From a virus (lineage: Duplodnaviria > Caudoviricetes): a stretch of 64,000 nucleotides of DNA. The first letter of the stretch is position 1. Each line of letters opens with the position of its first letter. The notes below the pieces were generated by a model. It had not been told where the DNA came from. It was given only the letters and a program-made list of their open reading frames with translations, and ran no database searches. The position numbers and the translations under genes were made by a program. The stretch is from IMG/VR virus record IMGVR_UViG_2767802067_000003, positions 9,633 through 73,632 of that record. One strand, given 5' to 3'. Of this stretch, positions 28,173 through 37,273 are shown piece after piece.

Positions 28173-28709
28173 GTGGGCCTTGCCGTTCCAACTCTGGCAT
28201 CAGAGATCCCCGGCAACTTCATCACCAGTGCATTGTGGAATGCCAGCGTCTACTCCCCGCTGACGTTCCTTCTGAACCCGCCGACCTTCGTCGGGTACCA
28301 ATCCACCAGTCAGTCTCTGAGCAATCAGAACTGGACGCCGCTGAACATAGACACGGTCTCCAGCGATCCCTACGGCGGCCATTCCTCCACCAGCAACACC
28401 TCGCGCTACACCTGCCAAGCGGGTGCGGGCGGCTGGTACACGGCATGCGGAGTCTACGCGCCGATCGGCAACAGCAACGGCTTTCGCGCAGTCAAATTGC
28501 AGGTCAACGGAACAGCTGTTCTCGGAGCCGCTGCATACCTTCCCGCGATGGGACCGGAAATTGGTCTCGTGACACCGGTCAAGGATATTTTCCTGAAACC
28601 GGGAGACTACATTGAGGTGTGCGGCTGGCAGAGCTCCGGCGGAGCACTTGGAACCGTTCTCGATTCCGACCTGCGGACCGGATTGTGGGTGAGGTTCTCC
28701 CATGTCTGA
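28173..28709 (+). CDS. C1q/TNF-like tail fibre protein, copy 2 (lower GC)
   Basis: Shares N-terminus LASEIPGNFITSALWNASVY; LKPGDYIEV. Confidence 0.75.
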   Translation: MGLAVPTLASEIPGNFITSALWNASVYSPLTFLLNPPTFVGYQSTSQSLSNQNWTPLNIDTVSSDPYGGHSSTSNTSRYTCQAGAGGWYTACGVYAPIGNSNGFRAVKLQVNGTAVLGAAAYLPAMGPEIGLVTPVKDIFLKPGDYIEVCGWQSSGGALGTVLDSDLRTGLWVRFSHV

Positions 28710-29061
28710 CCTGCTGAAGCTCGGAACGACTGCCTTGACCTGCAAGCTCTGTGGTGCTCCAGCGCTCGTGCAGTGGCGTCGCCGCCCTACGCCGACGGAA
28801 CTGACCGCGATGGCGACCCGGATCCCGGCATCCACGGCGGCCGACACAACGGTCACCGTCTACGCCTGCGGCCCGCACGCCATCAGCATGACCGCCGCGG
28901 CGCAGATCCACCAGGCGACGTGCACGGCACCGGACCAAGCCCACCTGCCGAACTGCTCATGTACTCCAGAACCACTGCCTGCTGCAAGGCCCGCCTTCGC
29001 CGCCGGCAGAACCGTCACCTTGGCGACCGGCTGGACGGTTCCTGCCCCCGCGAGCAGCTGA
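28702..29061 (+). CDS. Cys/His-rich partner protein, copy 2
   Basis: CKLC...VQWRRR...ACGPHAI...IHQATC...LPNCSCTPEPLP. Confidence 0.7.
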   Translation: MSDLLKLGTTALTCKLCGAPALVQWRRRPTPTELTAMATRIPASTAADTTVTVYACGPHAISMTAAAQIHQATCTAPDQAHLPNCSCTPEPLPAARPAFAAGRTVTLATGWTVPAPASS

Positions 29062-29133
29062 CCTCCTCGTCCCGACTCTCCCGGCCCGCCGCCAACGGGC
29101 GGCTGCTGCCGGCAGCATCCCTGGAGGGCCGTC

Positions 29134-29667
29134 ATACCCAACCTTCCCCCCGCACCGACCTGGGCCACCCAAGCCCCCGGCGGGTTCGTCACGAGTGCCC
29201 TGTGGAATGCCAACGTTTACGGCAACGGCTCCTTCCTGACGAACCCGCCTCTCTTCACAGCTCGTCAGGTCACCGCTCAGTCCACAGCCAACACCACTAA
29301 TGCGGCCATGATCTGGGACACCGTCGACACCGACACGTACGGCGGCTTCAATCCCTCGGTGGACGCCACCAAGTACCGCGCCCAGCAGCCCGGCACCCTC
29401 GACGTCGCCTACAACATCTGCTGGGCCAACAACAGCAACGGCTTCCGCGCGGTGTTCCTGCAGAAGAACGGCAGTGGCCTACCCGGTTCCTGGTGCTCCG
29501 CCCCGGCGTCGACCTACTACCCCACCTGCGGCGGCTTCTTCCGGGTCCCGGTCGCCGCCGGCGACACCCTCCAGGTCATCGTCCAGCAGGGCTCAGGAGG
29601 TGCCCTGTCCACCGCCGCTCCCGGTCAGGGCGCTCCCTGGTGGTCCATCCGCTGGTCGCACGGCTGA
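29134..29667 (+). CDS. C1q/TNF-like tail fibre protein, copy 3 (ATA start)
   Basis: GGAGG at 29123-29127, in-frame ATA at 29134; reads IPNLPPAPTWATQAPGGFVTSALWNANVY..., homologous to copies 1 and 2. Confidence 0.7.
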   Translation: MPNLPPAPTWATQAPGGFVTSALWNANVYGNGSFLTNPPLFTARQVTAQSTANTTNAAMIWDTVDTDTYGGFNPSVDATKYRAQQPGTLDVAYNICWANNSNGFRAVFLQKNGSGLPGSWCSAPASTYYPTCGGFFRVPVAAGDTLQVIVQQGSGGALSTAAPGQGAPWWSIRWSHG

Positions 29668-29682
29668 GAGGAACCCCACCAC

Positions 29683-30096
29683 ATGACCAACGTCCACCCT
29701 GCGGTGATCAGCGTCGGGGAGGCGACCTGCGGCATGTGCGGAGCCGGCGCTGTTGTGCAGTGGTGCCGCCGCCTCACCGCAGCGGAGTTCGCCGCTCACC
29801 TTGCCACCGTGAAGGAGGCTCGCAGCCGCGACCGTGCCGACCGAGCCACCAGTGTTGACCTGGAGCTCTGGCCAACGTCCGTCGACGTCACCATGGCGGT
29901 CCGTGCGTGCGCTGATCACGCGATCAGTCTGGAGGCCGCCGCGCAGATCCACAGCGCGGACTGCCCAGCTCCGCATCAGGACCACCTTCCTGCCTGTGGA
30001 TGCCGGCCCGAACCGGTCCCCGTCCTGGAGACGCCGAGCGCAGCCGAGGCTGTCCTGCCGCCCAGCTGGAGCGCGAACAGCCTGCCAACCGCCTGA
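29683..30096 (+). CDS. Cys/His-rich partner protein, copy 3
   Basis: CGMC...VQWCRR...ACADHAI...IHSADC...LPACGCRPEPVP. Confidence 0.7.
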   Translation: MTNVHPAVISVGEATCGMCGAGAVVQWCRRLTAAEFAAHLATVKEARSRDRADRATSVDLELWPTSVDVTMAVRACADHAISLEAAAQIHSADCPAPHQDHLPACGCRPEPVPVLETPSAAEAVLPPSWSANSLPTA

Positions 30097-30109
30097 CGAC
30101 CACGCCGCA

Positions 30110-30141
30110 CCCCCGACCCGTCGACCGGTCGGGGGCTTTTT
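30110..30141 (+). terminator. Intrinsic terminator after the tail fibre cassettes
   Basis: CCCCCGACC/GGTCGGGGG stem followed by CTTTTT. Confidence 0.7.
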
Positions 30142-30157
30142 CATCCCAGGAGGCAGC

Positions 30158-30604
30158 TTGACCACCCACCCGCACCGCGAGGTCGCCGCACACGACCAGC
30201 CGGCCACCCACCGGTACACCATGCACTTCCCGGCCCACGAACCCCGCGAAGACGACCCGCACTACGCGGCGTTCAACGCCTACCGCAAGCACCACCGCCA
30301 GGGCGCGGCCTGCTACGTCGGCGAGCGCGCCGGGCACGACCAGTGCGCCGGAAACCTCGAGCTACATCACGCGGTCCTCGAGTTCGCGGTCGCCAACGCC
30401 GCCGACGCCGAGGCCCTGCACAAGGACTTCCCCGAGATCAGCGAGCACGCCACTGCCGAGGAGATAACCGACTGGGCCGAGTCTTCGCCGGGCCAGTTCC
30501 GCTGGTTGTGCGCCTTCCACCACAGGGGTGCCGGCGGCGCGCACACCGCCAGCCACGCCGACTGGACCGCGCAGCTCTACGTCCCGGGGCTGATCAGCCG
30601 ATGA
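30158..30604 (+). CDS. HNH-like Zn/His protein
   Basis: CYV...QCAGNLELHH...WLCAFHHRG..GAH; TTG after AGGAGG. Confidence 0.65.
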   Translation: MTTHPHREVAAHDQPATHRYTMHFPAHEPREDDPHYAAFNAYRKHHRQGAACYVGERAGHDQCAGNLELHHAVLEFAVANAADAEALHKDFPEISEHATAEEITDWAESSPGQFRWLCAFHHRGAGGAHTASHADWTAQLYVPGLISR

Positions 30605-30945
30605 GCAACCTGACCAGCTTCAATGAGCGCCTGGCCGTCCTCGTCACCCGCGGGTTCGGCACGATGTGGGCCTTCTACGCCTTCACCATGTACGGCCTGC
30701 TGCCACTGCTGCTCCCCGCCGCGCAGGACCGCCTCCTGTACTGGTCCAACGTCATCCAGCTGGTGGCCCTGCCGCTGCTGATGGTCGGCCAGACCGTGCT
30801 CGGCCGCGCCGCAGAGCGCCAGGCCGGAGAGACCCACGACGCGGTCATGGAGGAGCTGTCTCTTCTGCGGCAGGCCCACGACGAGCTCAAGCAGATCGTC
30901 ACCGCCGCGCCCAAGGATCCGGCACCGGCAGGGGAGGCACTCTGA
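30601..30945 (+). CDS. DUF1003-like membrane protein, holin candidate
   Basis: RLAVLVT..FGTMWAFYAF...VIQLVALPLLMVGQ; directly before the endolysin. Confidence 0.65.
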   Translation: MSNLTSFNERLAVLVTRGFGTMWAFYAFTMYGLLPLLLPAAQDRLLYWSNVIQLVALPLLMVGQTVLGRAAERQAGETHDAVMEELSLLRQAHDELKQIVTAAPKDPAPAGEAL

Positions 30946-32672
30946 TGCCCAACGCTCGAGGCTACGACGTCTCTGACTACCAGGATTCGATCCCCGCCGA
31001 CGCCGAGTTCGCCATCATCAAGGCAACCGAAGGCGCGCACACCGACCAGCAGGGCTACCGGGCCAAGCTCGCCGACGCGCGCGGCCGCAGCCTCGTCATC
31101 GGCCACTACCACTTCTTCCACGCCGAAAACGACGTCCAGGGCGAGGTCGACCACTTCTGCGCGGTCGTCGGGGACATCCCGTCCGGTGAGTTCCTGGCTC
31201 TCGACTTCGAACCGTACGGCCAGGATGTCGACGACACCACGGCCACCGACCGTAAGAACCAGTGGCTCGCACAGGTGAAGGCCCGTTACCCAGGGCACCA
31301 GGTCGGCCTGTACGCCAACCTCGACTGGTGGCACCGCACCGACGACGAGTGCGGCGACTTCCTGTGGATCGCCGACTACGACTCCCCGCCCGGCGCCCCA
31401 GCCGTCCAACATCCGTGGGCGTTCCACCAGACCACTGACGCCCCGATCGACACGAACCTCTACAACGGCACGGTCGACCAACTGCATGCCTGGGCCGGCG
31501 TGCCCACGCCGACACCGCCAGCCCCCGCCCCGGACCCCGCGTCCCAGCCGGACACGACCCCCACTGAGGCCCCGCCCTCGAGCCCCACTCCGCAGTGGAA
31601 GCAGCTCCTGGACCACGTCGCATCCATCCCCGAGCAGATCTACGAGGGCTGGAACCCCAACGGAGGCTACGACAACCACACGCCGTTCGGGACGGAGTAC
31701 GGGGAGGACGGCGTCTCGTGGTGCGTCGAGTACTGCTGGGACATGTACCACGACACCGGCCTCGACTCGGCCGTGCCGAAGACCGACAACGTCACCGCCT
31801 TCTCCGACTGGGCCAAGCAGCACGGCCAGTGGTCGCTCTACCCGTCCATCGGAGCATGGGTCAACCTCGGCGACGGCCAGCACTGCGAGATCGTCACCGG
31901 TTGGGACGGCGACACCGTCTACACCAAGGGCGGCAACAGCATCGAGGCTGGCTCCCAGGACAGCGGGCAGGGCAACGGGGTGTGGTCGCACGCAACGCCA
32001 CGCCGAGCGGCCCGCGTCACCGGGTACTTCGCCCCAACGTTCCCGGACCACATTGCCCCGCCCACCGCAGACCCGCAGGACTACCGCGGCGGACCCGCCG
32101 TCGACTCCTTCAACGTCCCCAGCGCACAGCTCACACCTGCTCCCGCCCCGACGCCGACCCCCGCCCGCTACCAGGTCACCATCGCTGGCCTCCGGTACGG
32201 CTACGGCGCCGTCGGTGATCAGGTCACTGTTGTCGGACGAGCCCTGGTCGCTGCCGGGCACGGCACCCACTACCAGGTTGGTCCCGGCCCGGCGTGGGGC
32301 GACGCGGACACCCTGAACTACCAGGATTACCAGCTCAGCATCGGACTGCAGGGGACCGCCCCGCACCAGGACGCCGACGGCGTCCCGGGCCCGGAATCGC
32401 TGCGCCGACTTCTCGGCTACCTCCCCGGAGAGGTGCCGCCGTTCCCTGGCCGGCAGGCCTTCGCGGACGGCCAGTCCAACCAGTACGTGCTGATGCTCGG
32501 TGAGCAGCTGGTCCGCAAGGGCTACGGCAGCCACTACCGCATCGGCCCGTCCCCGGCCTGGAGCGAGGCCGACCGGCTCAACGTCGCCGACTTCCAGCAC
32601 GCCCAGGGCTGGAACGGCTCGAGCGCCGACGGCTACCCCGGCCCCGAGACCTGGCGCCTCTTGTTCACCTGA
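30945..32672 (+). CDS. Endolysin: GH25 muramidase + CHAP + two peptidoglycan-binding domains
   Basis: GYDVSDYQ...IIKATEG...GHYHF, LALDFE, LWIADY; SWCVEY...HCEIV..KGGN; two ..GP..W...ADG.PGPE repeats. Confidence 0.9.
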   Translation: MPNARGYDVSDYQDSIPADAEFAIIKATEGAHTDQQGYRAKLADARGRSLVIGHYHFFHAENDVQGEVDHFCAVVGDIPSGEFLALDFEPYGQDVDDTTATDRKNQWLAQVKARYPGHQVGLYANLDWWHRTDDECGDFLWIADYDSPPGAPAVQHPWAFHQTTDAPIDTNLYNGTVDQLHAWAGVPTPTPPAPAPDPASQPDTTPTEAPPSSPTPQWKQLLDHVASIPEQIYEGWNPNGGYDNHTPFGTEYGEDGVSWCVEYCWDMYHDTGLDSAVPKTDNVTAFSDWAKQHGQWSLYPSIGAWVNLGDGQHCEIVTGWDGDTVYTKGGNSIEAGSQDSGQGNGVWSHATPRRAARVTGYFAPTFPDHIAPPTADPQDYRGGPAVDSFNVPSAQLTPAPAPTPTPARYQVTIAGLRYGYGAVGDQVTVVGRALVAAGHGTHYQVGPGPAWGDADTLNYQDYQLSIGLQGTAPHQDADGVPGPESLRRLLGYLPGEVPPFPGRQAFADGQSNQYVLMLGEQLVRKGYGSHYRIGPSPAWSEADRLNVADFQHAQGWNGSSADGYPGPETWRLLFT

Positions 32673-32744
32673 CCCACCCTCACCCCGTTCAGCCCCCGTG
32701 GCCGCTGGCCCGGGGGCTCACTCATGCCCTCCAAGGAGGCACCC

Positions 32745-32924
32745 ATGGGCGCACCCCGCCCCACCGACCCCAACCCGAGCCAGGCGCAGCAGGCCGTACT
32801 GCTCACCGAGAGCGGCAACGGCCCCACCACTCCCGACGAGGCCGCGCTTCTGGCTGCGAAGTTCGGCCAGCCCAACAGCGCCGGCGTCTACGGCGCTCCC
32901 ACCACCGGAGGGAACCCCGCATGA
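32745..32924 (+). CDS. Small hypothetical protein
   Basis: AAGGAGG RBS; coupled to the next gene. Confidence 0.55.
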   Translation: MGAPRPTDPNPSQAQQAVLLTESGNGPTTPDEAALLAAKFGQPNSAGVYGAPTTGGNPA

Positions 32925-33667
32925 GCGTGGAAACCATGATCTCCCAGGCCGAGAAGAGCCTGGGGCTGAGTGGCCGACCCAACTACATCACTGAGGACTA
33001 CGCCTCCAGGGACGGCCAGGAGTTCGCCGATGCGCCGTGGTGCGACGAAGGGATCACCTACTGGGCCCGGCAGAGCGGCGAGTTCTCCGCGGTGTGCTTC
33101 GACACCGACTACGCGTACACCGTCGCCCACGCTGTCCGTTTCCAGGAGGCCGACCAGTGGCACGACGGCACCGACGGCATACAGCGCGGTGACGTCGTCT
33201 TCTTCGACTGGGACGGCGACCTGAGCGTCGGCGCAATCGACCACGTTGGTCTGGTCACCGACACCGACGGCAGCGGCAACGTCTACACCATCGAGGCCAA
33301 CACCGGGAACGCCGTCGCCCGCCGAGTGCGGACCGCTGCCGTGATCGTCGGCTACGGCCGCCCCCAGTACAGCGACCAGGCCTCTCCGGCCCCCGCCCCG
33401 GTCCCGGCGCCCGCCGGACCGGCGTGGCCGGGCGAGTACCTGCGCCAGCAGAGCCCCATGCTCCACGACGAGATCGTTCGAACCTGGCAGCAGCAGATGG
33501 CCAACCGCGGTTGGCGCATCACCGTCGACGGCTGGTACGGCCCCGCCAGCGCGAGCATCTGCCGGCAGTTCCAGCAGGACTCCACGAACCACGGCTGGCC
33601 GCTGACCGTCGACGGCATCGTGGGGCCCGCGACCTGGACCGCGTCCTGGAACCGACCTGTCAGCTGA
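32921..33667 (+). CDS. Second endolysin: CHAP + PG_binding_1
   Basis: APWCDEG...GDVVFFDW..DHVGLV...TIEANT; VDGWYGP and VDGIVGPATW. Confidence 0.9.
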   Translation: MSVETMISQAEKSLGLSGRPNYITEDYASRDGQEFADAPWCDEGITYWARQSGEFSAVCFDTDYAYTVAHAVRFQEADQWHDGTDGIQRGDVVFFDWDGDLSVGAIDHVGLVTDTDGSGNVYTIEANTGNAVARRVRTAAVIVGYGRPQYSDQASPAPAPVPAPAGPAWPGEYLRQQSPMLHDEIVRTWQQQMANRGWRITVDGWYGPASASICRQFQQDSTNHGWPLTVDGIVGPATWTASWNRPVS

Positions 33668-33686
33668 CCCACCCAGGAGGTAGCAA

Positions 33687-33998
33687 GTGGACCTTGCGAC
33701 GGCTGCCGGCCAGGCCGATGCCCTCGCGGTCTGGTGCGGCGCGGTCGCTGCGGTGTGTGCCGTCGCAGGCATCCTGTGGCGGGCGACGCGTGCCCTGCAT
33801 CACGCCGCGCGCAATGTCGAGGACTTCGTGCGGGACTGGGCTGGTAACGACGAACACCCGGGCGTCATCCACCGGCTCGACACCATCGAGGACACGATCA
33901 ACCGCATCGATCACGAGCTTCACCCCAACTCCGGCGGCAGCCTTCGAGATGCCGTCGACCGGGTCGACAAGCGCACTCAGCACCTTGACGGCACGTAG
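33687..33998 (+). CDS. Single-TM lysis-cassette membrane protein (DUF2746-like)
   Basis: N-terminal TM; PGV..RL..IE...HELHPNSGGSLRDAVDR. Confidence 0.7.
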   Translation: MDLATAAGQADALAVWCGAVAAVCAVAGILWRATRALHHAARNVEDFVRDWAGNDEHPGVIHRLDTIEDTINRIDHELHPNSGGSLRDAVDRVDKRTQHLDGT

Positions 33999-34003
33999 GC
34001 GGC

Positions 34004-34041
34004 CTGGTGCGGCACCCACCGATCAGTGGGTGCCGCACCAG
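34004..34041 (+). terminator. Hairpin terminator ending the lysis operon
   Basis: 16-bp perfect stem CTGGTGCGGCACCCAC/GTGGGTGCCGCACCAG. Confidence 0.7.
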
Positions 34042-34047
34042 CCGGTG

Positions 34048-34086
34048 TGTCCGATACGGTCTTGCACTAATAGGAGCGCCCAGGCT
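34048..34086 (-). repeat. 39-bp inverted repeat, left copy
   Basis: 35/39 identical to the reverse complement of 46801-46839. Confidence 0.85.
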
Positions 34087-34108
34087 CCCTGAAAGCTTCT
34101 GAGAACTG

Positions 34109-34150
34109 GGCTCTGCTACTGGGGGAGGGGGCCGTCCCAGTAGCAGAGCC
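34109..34150 (-). terminator. Hairpin terminator for the minus-strand cargo gene
   Basis: 15-bp perfect stem GGCTCTGCTACTGGG/CCCAGTAGCAGAGCC. Confidence 0.65.
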
Positions 34151-34155
34151 GGATG

Positions 34156-34758
34156 TCAGTGGTCCGGGATGAGGGTGGGATCGGGGGCGATTGTGGTAGC
34201 GCGGGCAAGCGGGTCGGCGATCACCTGGCGCAGGGCCTGGTCGTCCCAGCCGCGCATCATCGCCACCACGTCGAGGGCCATGCACGCCGTCTGCCAGTCC
34301 TCGGGCAGGTCCGGCCACATCCGCAGCAGGAAGGCCTTCGCCGCGCGGTAGGCGTCTGTGCGCACGCGCTCGTCCTCGTCGGCGCACCAAACCCTGCGAG
34401 CCCGCACGGCGACCATGGCCTCGACCGGGTACCAACCGGGCGGTGCCTCGTCCGGGCGGGCCGGGCGGCGCGGACGAAGTACGACGACGTCCGCCCACGC
34501 GGGGTAGGTCTCGTTGGTCTCCTGCCGGGTGAGGGCCTGGGCGGAGTTGGCGACCAGGGCGGCGAGGACTTCCTCGGCGGGGGCGGTGAAGTCGGGCCGG
34601 GGTCCGACCGGAAGGCTGGTGGACAGGAGGTAGCCGATGGTGGAGACCTTCAGGTCGCGGCCCTCGGCGAGGCGGCGGCGGGCTTGCATGAAGGTCTCGC
34701 CGGTGAGGCGCTGGCGGGCGCGGATTTCCTGCTTGCCGGGGTAGTTGTGCTCGGTCAT
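34156..34758 (-). CDS. Hypothetical protein with short N-terminal helical motif (KQEIRARQRLTGETFMQARR)
   Basis: ATG at 34758; GC3-rich. Confidence 0.65.
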   Translation of the reverse strand: MTEHNYPGKQEIRARQRLTGETFMQARRRLAEGRDLKVSTIGYLLSTSLPVGPRPDFTAPAEEVLAALVANSAQALTRQETNETYPAWADVVVLRPRRPARPDEAPPGWYPVEAMVAVRARRVWCADEDERVRTDAYRAAKAFLLRMWPDLPEDWQTACMALDVVAMMRGWDDQALRQVIADPLARATTIAPDPTLIPDH

Positions 34759-35000
34759 CGTCGCGTCGTCTCTGGCCGCGCGTCCCACGCCCGCGCCGGC
34801 CGGGTCAACGGGACGGCGAAGAGCAACCGCGGTTGGAGAGCCTTGATCGCTGGCCGGAGGCGTGGGCACGGGTACCGGCGTGGATGACGGGACGCCGCGG
34901 AGCGCCCCCGCTGGAGACGTTACCCCGTCGGGGGGAACCGGCGCGGGTGAACGCGCCGATTCCCCTGGTGTTGATGCCCGGTGCCGCCCGGCGCGGGCCT

Positions 35001-35495
35001 TCAGCGACCGCGTCGGCCGGAACGCTTCTTGCCAGCGCGGGCGCGACTGCTGGCGCCCGACGAGCGGGGTGCTGACTCCAGCGCGGGCGGTGGGCAGGTG
35101 GGACACCAGACTGCGGTGACGGACATCGGCCCGGCCGGCGCCGCGTACTCGACTCCGCCTTCCAGCGTGCCCCGGGCCCCGCACCCCTGGCAGGTGCGGG
35201 CCTCCTTCAGCCTGCGCGCCAGATCGCACGGCGGGCAGCACACCGTCTCCGGCGCCTCGATCCACAGCACCGTAGGCGTTGAGACGAGCCGGTCTTCCCG
35301 GATATGCGCGCATCGTCGTGCCGTTCCGGCCCAGACTGCGGCCACGAGGGCTTCCATGGCCGGGCGTTGCCAGGTCGGTGAGCCCACGGAAACTGGAGCG
35401 GAGGCCCCTCGGGCGGTCAGGAAGGCATCACTCTCGGCGGCCGCGGCGTCGATTTGGTCGCGCAACGCGGAATCGGCGGGGTTGTTCTTCGTCAT
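35001..35495 (-). CDS. Cys-rich (Zn-binding) hypothetical protein
   Basis: CAH, CCPPC, CQGC, WCPTC. Confidence 0.55.
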   Translation of the reverse strand: MTKNNPADSALRDQIDAAAAESDAFLTARGASAPVSVGSPTWQRPAMEALVAAVWAGTARRCAHIREDRLVSTPTVLWIEAPETVCCPPCDLARRLKEARTCQGCGARGTLEGGVEYAAPAGPMSVTAVWCPTCPPPALESAPRSSGASSRARAGKKRSGRRGR

Positions 35496-35860
35496 GGCGA
35501 AGACAGTAAACCCACAACTACCCATCGTAGAGCCAGAATTGGGCCCGTGCAATTTCGTATCTCGGGAGCGGGCGATTGTGTCCGGAACCGCTTTCCCCGC
35601 TGGCTGGAACCCGACCCGACGGCCACCCGCGATGGCCCCAGACACCGATCCGCGTCGCGTCGTCCGCATCCGCTCAGGACTGCCATGGGCCGGTACAGTA
35701 GGCCGTGGCTGGACACGCACGCCGATCGTCGCTGCCGCCCCGTCCCACGCCGGGAGAGCACCGTTCGACCAAGGGGTCCCACCCGACGCCCGTGGTGAAT
35801 TCACCGTGCCCTTCTCCGGGCGGGGTGCGTGGGCGACCCGCCGGATGTGAGAGCACCGTT

Positions 35861-36808
35861 GTGACCAAGCAGAACCAGTCCCGTGCCGGCCGCCGTGCCC
35901 GTAAGGCGCAGCAAGACGGCTCCACTGCCCAGTACACCGAACTGCTGCGTGCTGGAGGCAAGGAGCCGGACGCTCGGCCAGCCGTCCCGATCGCGTCAGC
36001 TACGCCGGGCGGTGAAGGCAAGACGACCCACGCCGTTGACCTTCGAGCGGGCCTGGCTGAGTACGGCCAGCGTGTAGTCCTGGTCGACCTCGACTCGCAG
36101 AACGACGCCCGGCTCAGCGCGGCCTCTCAGGAGGAGCCAGCTGGCGGCTGGCCCTACCGGCTGGTCGATGCCCAGTGGCAGGGCTGGCTCACTGCGGGGA
36201 ACGGACTGTACCGGGCGTCCTCCAGCCTGAACAGGCCGGGCTTGGAGGAGCCGTGGCCCTACGCCCGGATCGTCGCCGAGCGCGGCCCCGTGCGCCCCGT
36301 CAACCACCCGGTCGAGGGCGACGACTCCACGGAGAGGCTGGCCGCGCTGTGGGACAAGGCGGGTCGGAAGGCGGTCGCGTCCACCCTGGTGGCGCTGTAC
36401 CGGGCGGTGCTGCGCTTTCCGGCGTCCCTCTACGGCCCGCATCCGCTGACCTCCGGGCGGGAGGGCAGCTGGGAGTCCGCCCGGCTCTTGAACCTGGCCT
36501 ACACCGTCGGCGGCGACCTGGATGATCGGCCGAAGCGGTTCGACCCGGAGGTCGCCGATGGCGTCGCGGACGTTCTGGAAGGCTGGGTGCGGCGTCCCGA
36601 GACGTACACCGAGGTCGCGGAGAACCTTGCTGGCATCTTCGGCCGATACGCCGACCGTGCCGGCGGCTGGACGAAGGTTGCCGATCAGTGGCTGCAGCCC
36701 GGCGCCCGCGCCGGCCACGATCCTGACACCGTCTTCGCGGTCGGCTCCTGGCTGCTCTTGGGCTCCTCCGAGCATCTGCAGGCGTTCCTGGACTCCGCGC
36801 ACCGGTAG
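35861..36808 (+). CDS. Hypothetical protein containing a ParA-like Walker A fragment
   Basis: PGGEGKTTHAVDLRAGLAEYGQRVVLVDLDSQ followed by unrelated sequence. Confidence 0.65.
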   Translation: MTKQNQSRAGRRARKAQQDGSTAQYTELLRAGGKEPDARPAVPIASATPGGEGKTTHAVDLRAGLAEYGQRVVLVDLDSQNDARLSAASQEEPAGGWPYRLVDAQWQGWLTAGNGLYRASSSLNRPGLEEPWPYARIVAERGPVRPVNHPVEGDDSTERLAALWDKAGRKAVASTLVALYRAVLRFPASLYGPHPLTSGREGSWESARLLNLAYTVGGDLDDRPKRFDPEVADGVADVLEGWVRRPETYTEVAENLAGIFGRYADRAGGWTKVADQWLQPGARAGHDPDTVFAVGSWLLLGSSEHLQAFLDSAHR

Positions 36809-36929
36809 TCGGTAGCGCGGCGGGCAGCGGTGCCAGACCACCGCTGCCGGCCGCGGCCGCCGGGCTGTCGGCGGCTCCGGCTAACCTGTCCGAGACCCTG
36901 CAACACCCGCACCTGCGCGAGGATCTTCG

Positions 36930-37250
36930 ATGGCTCTGGAAATCAAGTCGACCGACGACCCTCGCAGCATGGAGCTCCACGACGAGACGGGCCGGGTCGG
37001 ATTGCTCTTCTATGTCGGCCCTGATGAGGGGGATCCGGACGACAGCGCCGTGGGGTGGGTGGCTCGGGTGCACGGCTTCGCCTACAGCGGCAGCCAGGAG
37101 ACCAAGTTCTGCAACTCTGCACCTGAGGCGTTCGCCGAGGCGCTTCCGCTGTACGACCAGGTTTTGGAGCAGCGCCGGACGGCCGAGCGCTTCCACAAGA
37201 ACCAGCCGGTCCACATGATCAGTACCCCGATGGGCGGCCAGCCCCGCTGA
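36930..37250 (+). CDS. Hypothetical protein
   Basis: 106 aa, GAGGA RBS. Confidence 0.6.
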   Translation: MALEIKSTDDPRSMELHDETGRVGLLFYVGPDEGDPDDSAVGWVARVHGFAYSGSQETKFCNSAPEAFAEALPLYDQVLEQRRTAERFHKNQPVHMISTPMGGQPR

Positions 37251-37273
37251 GGGCCGTGCCGCGCTACCGCTGG

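Noticed and set aside
27261-30096. Diversity-generating retroelement or shufflon driving fibre variation
   Set aside because: No reverse transcriptase, no adenine-specific TR/VR pair, all cassettes co-oriented and no flanking inversion sites
30675-32600. Long antisense ORFs (also 12412-14481, 13961-15709, 25128-27974, 48434-49846 and others)
   Set aside because: Shadow ORFs typical of high-GC DNA, opposite well-supported genes and with no motifs
34044-34075. Resemblance of GTGTCCGATA to SloxP or actinobacterial dif arms
   Set aside because: There is no matching second arm at 6-8 bp spacing
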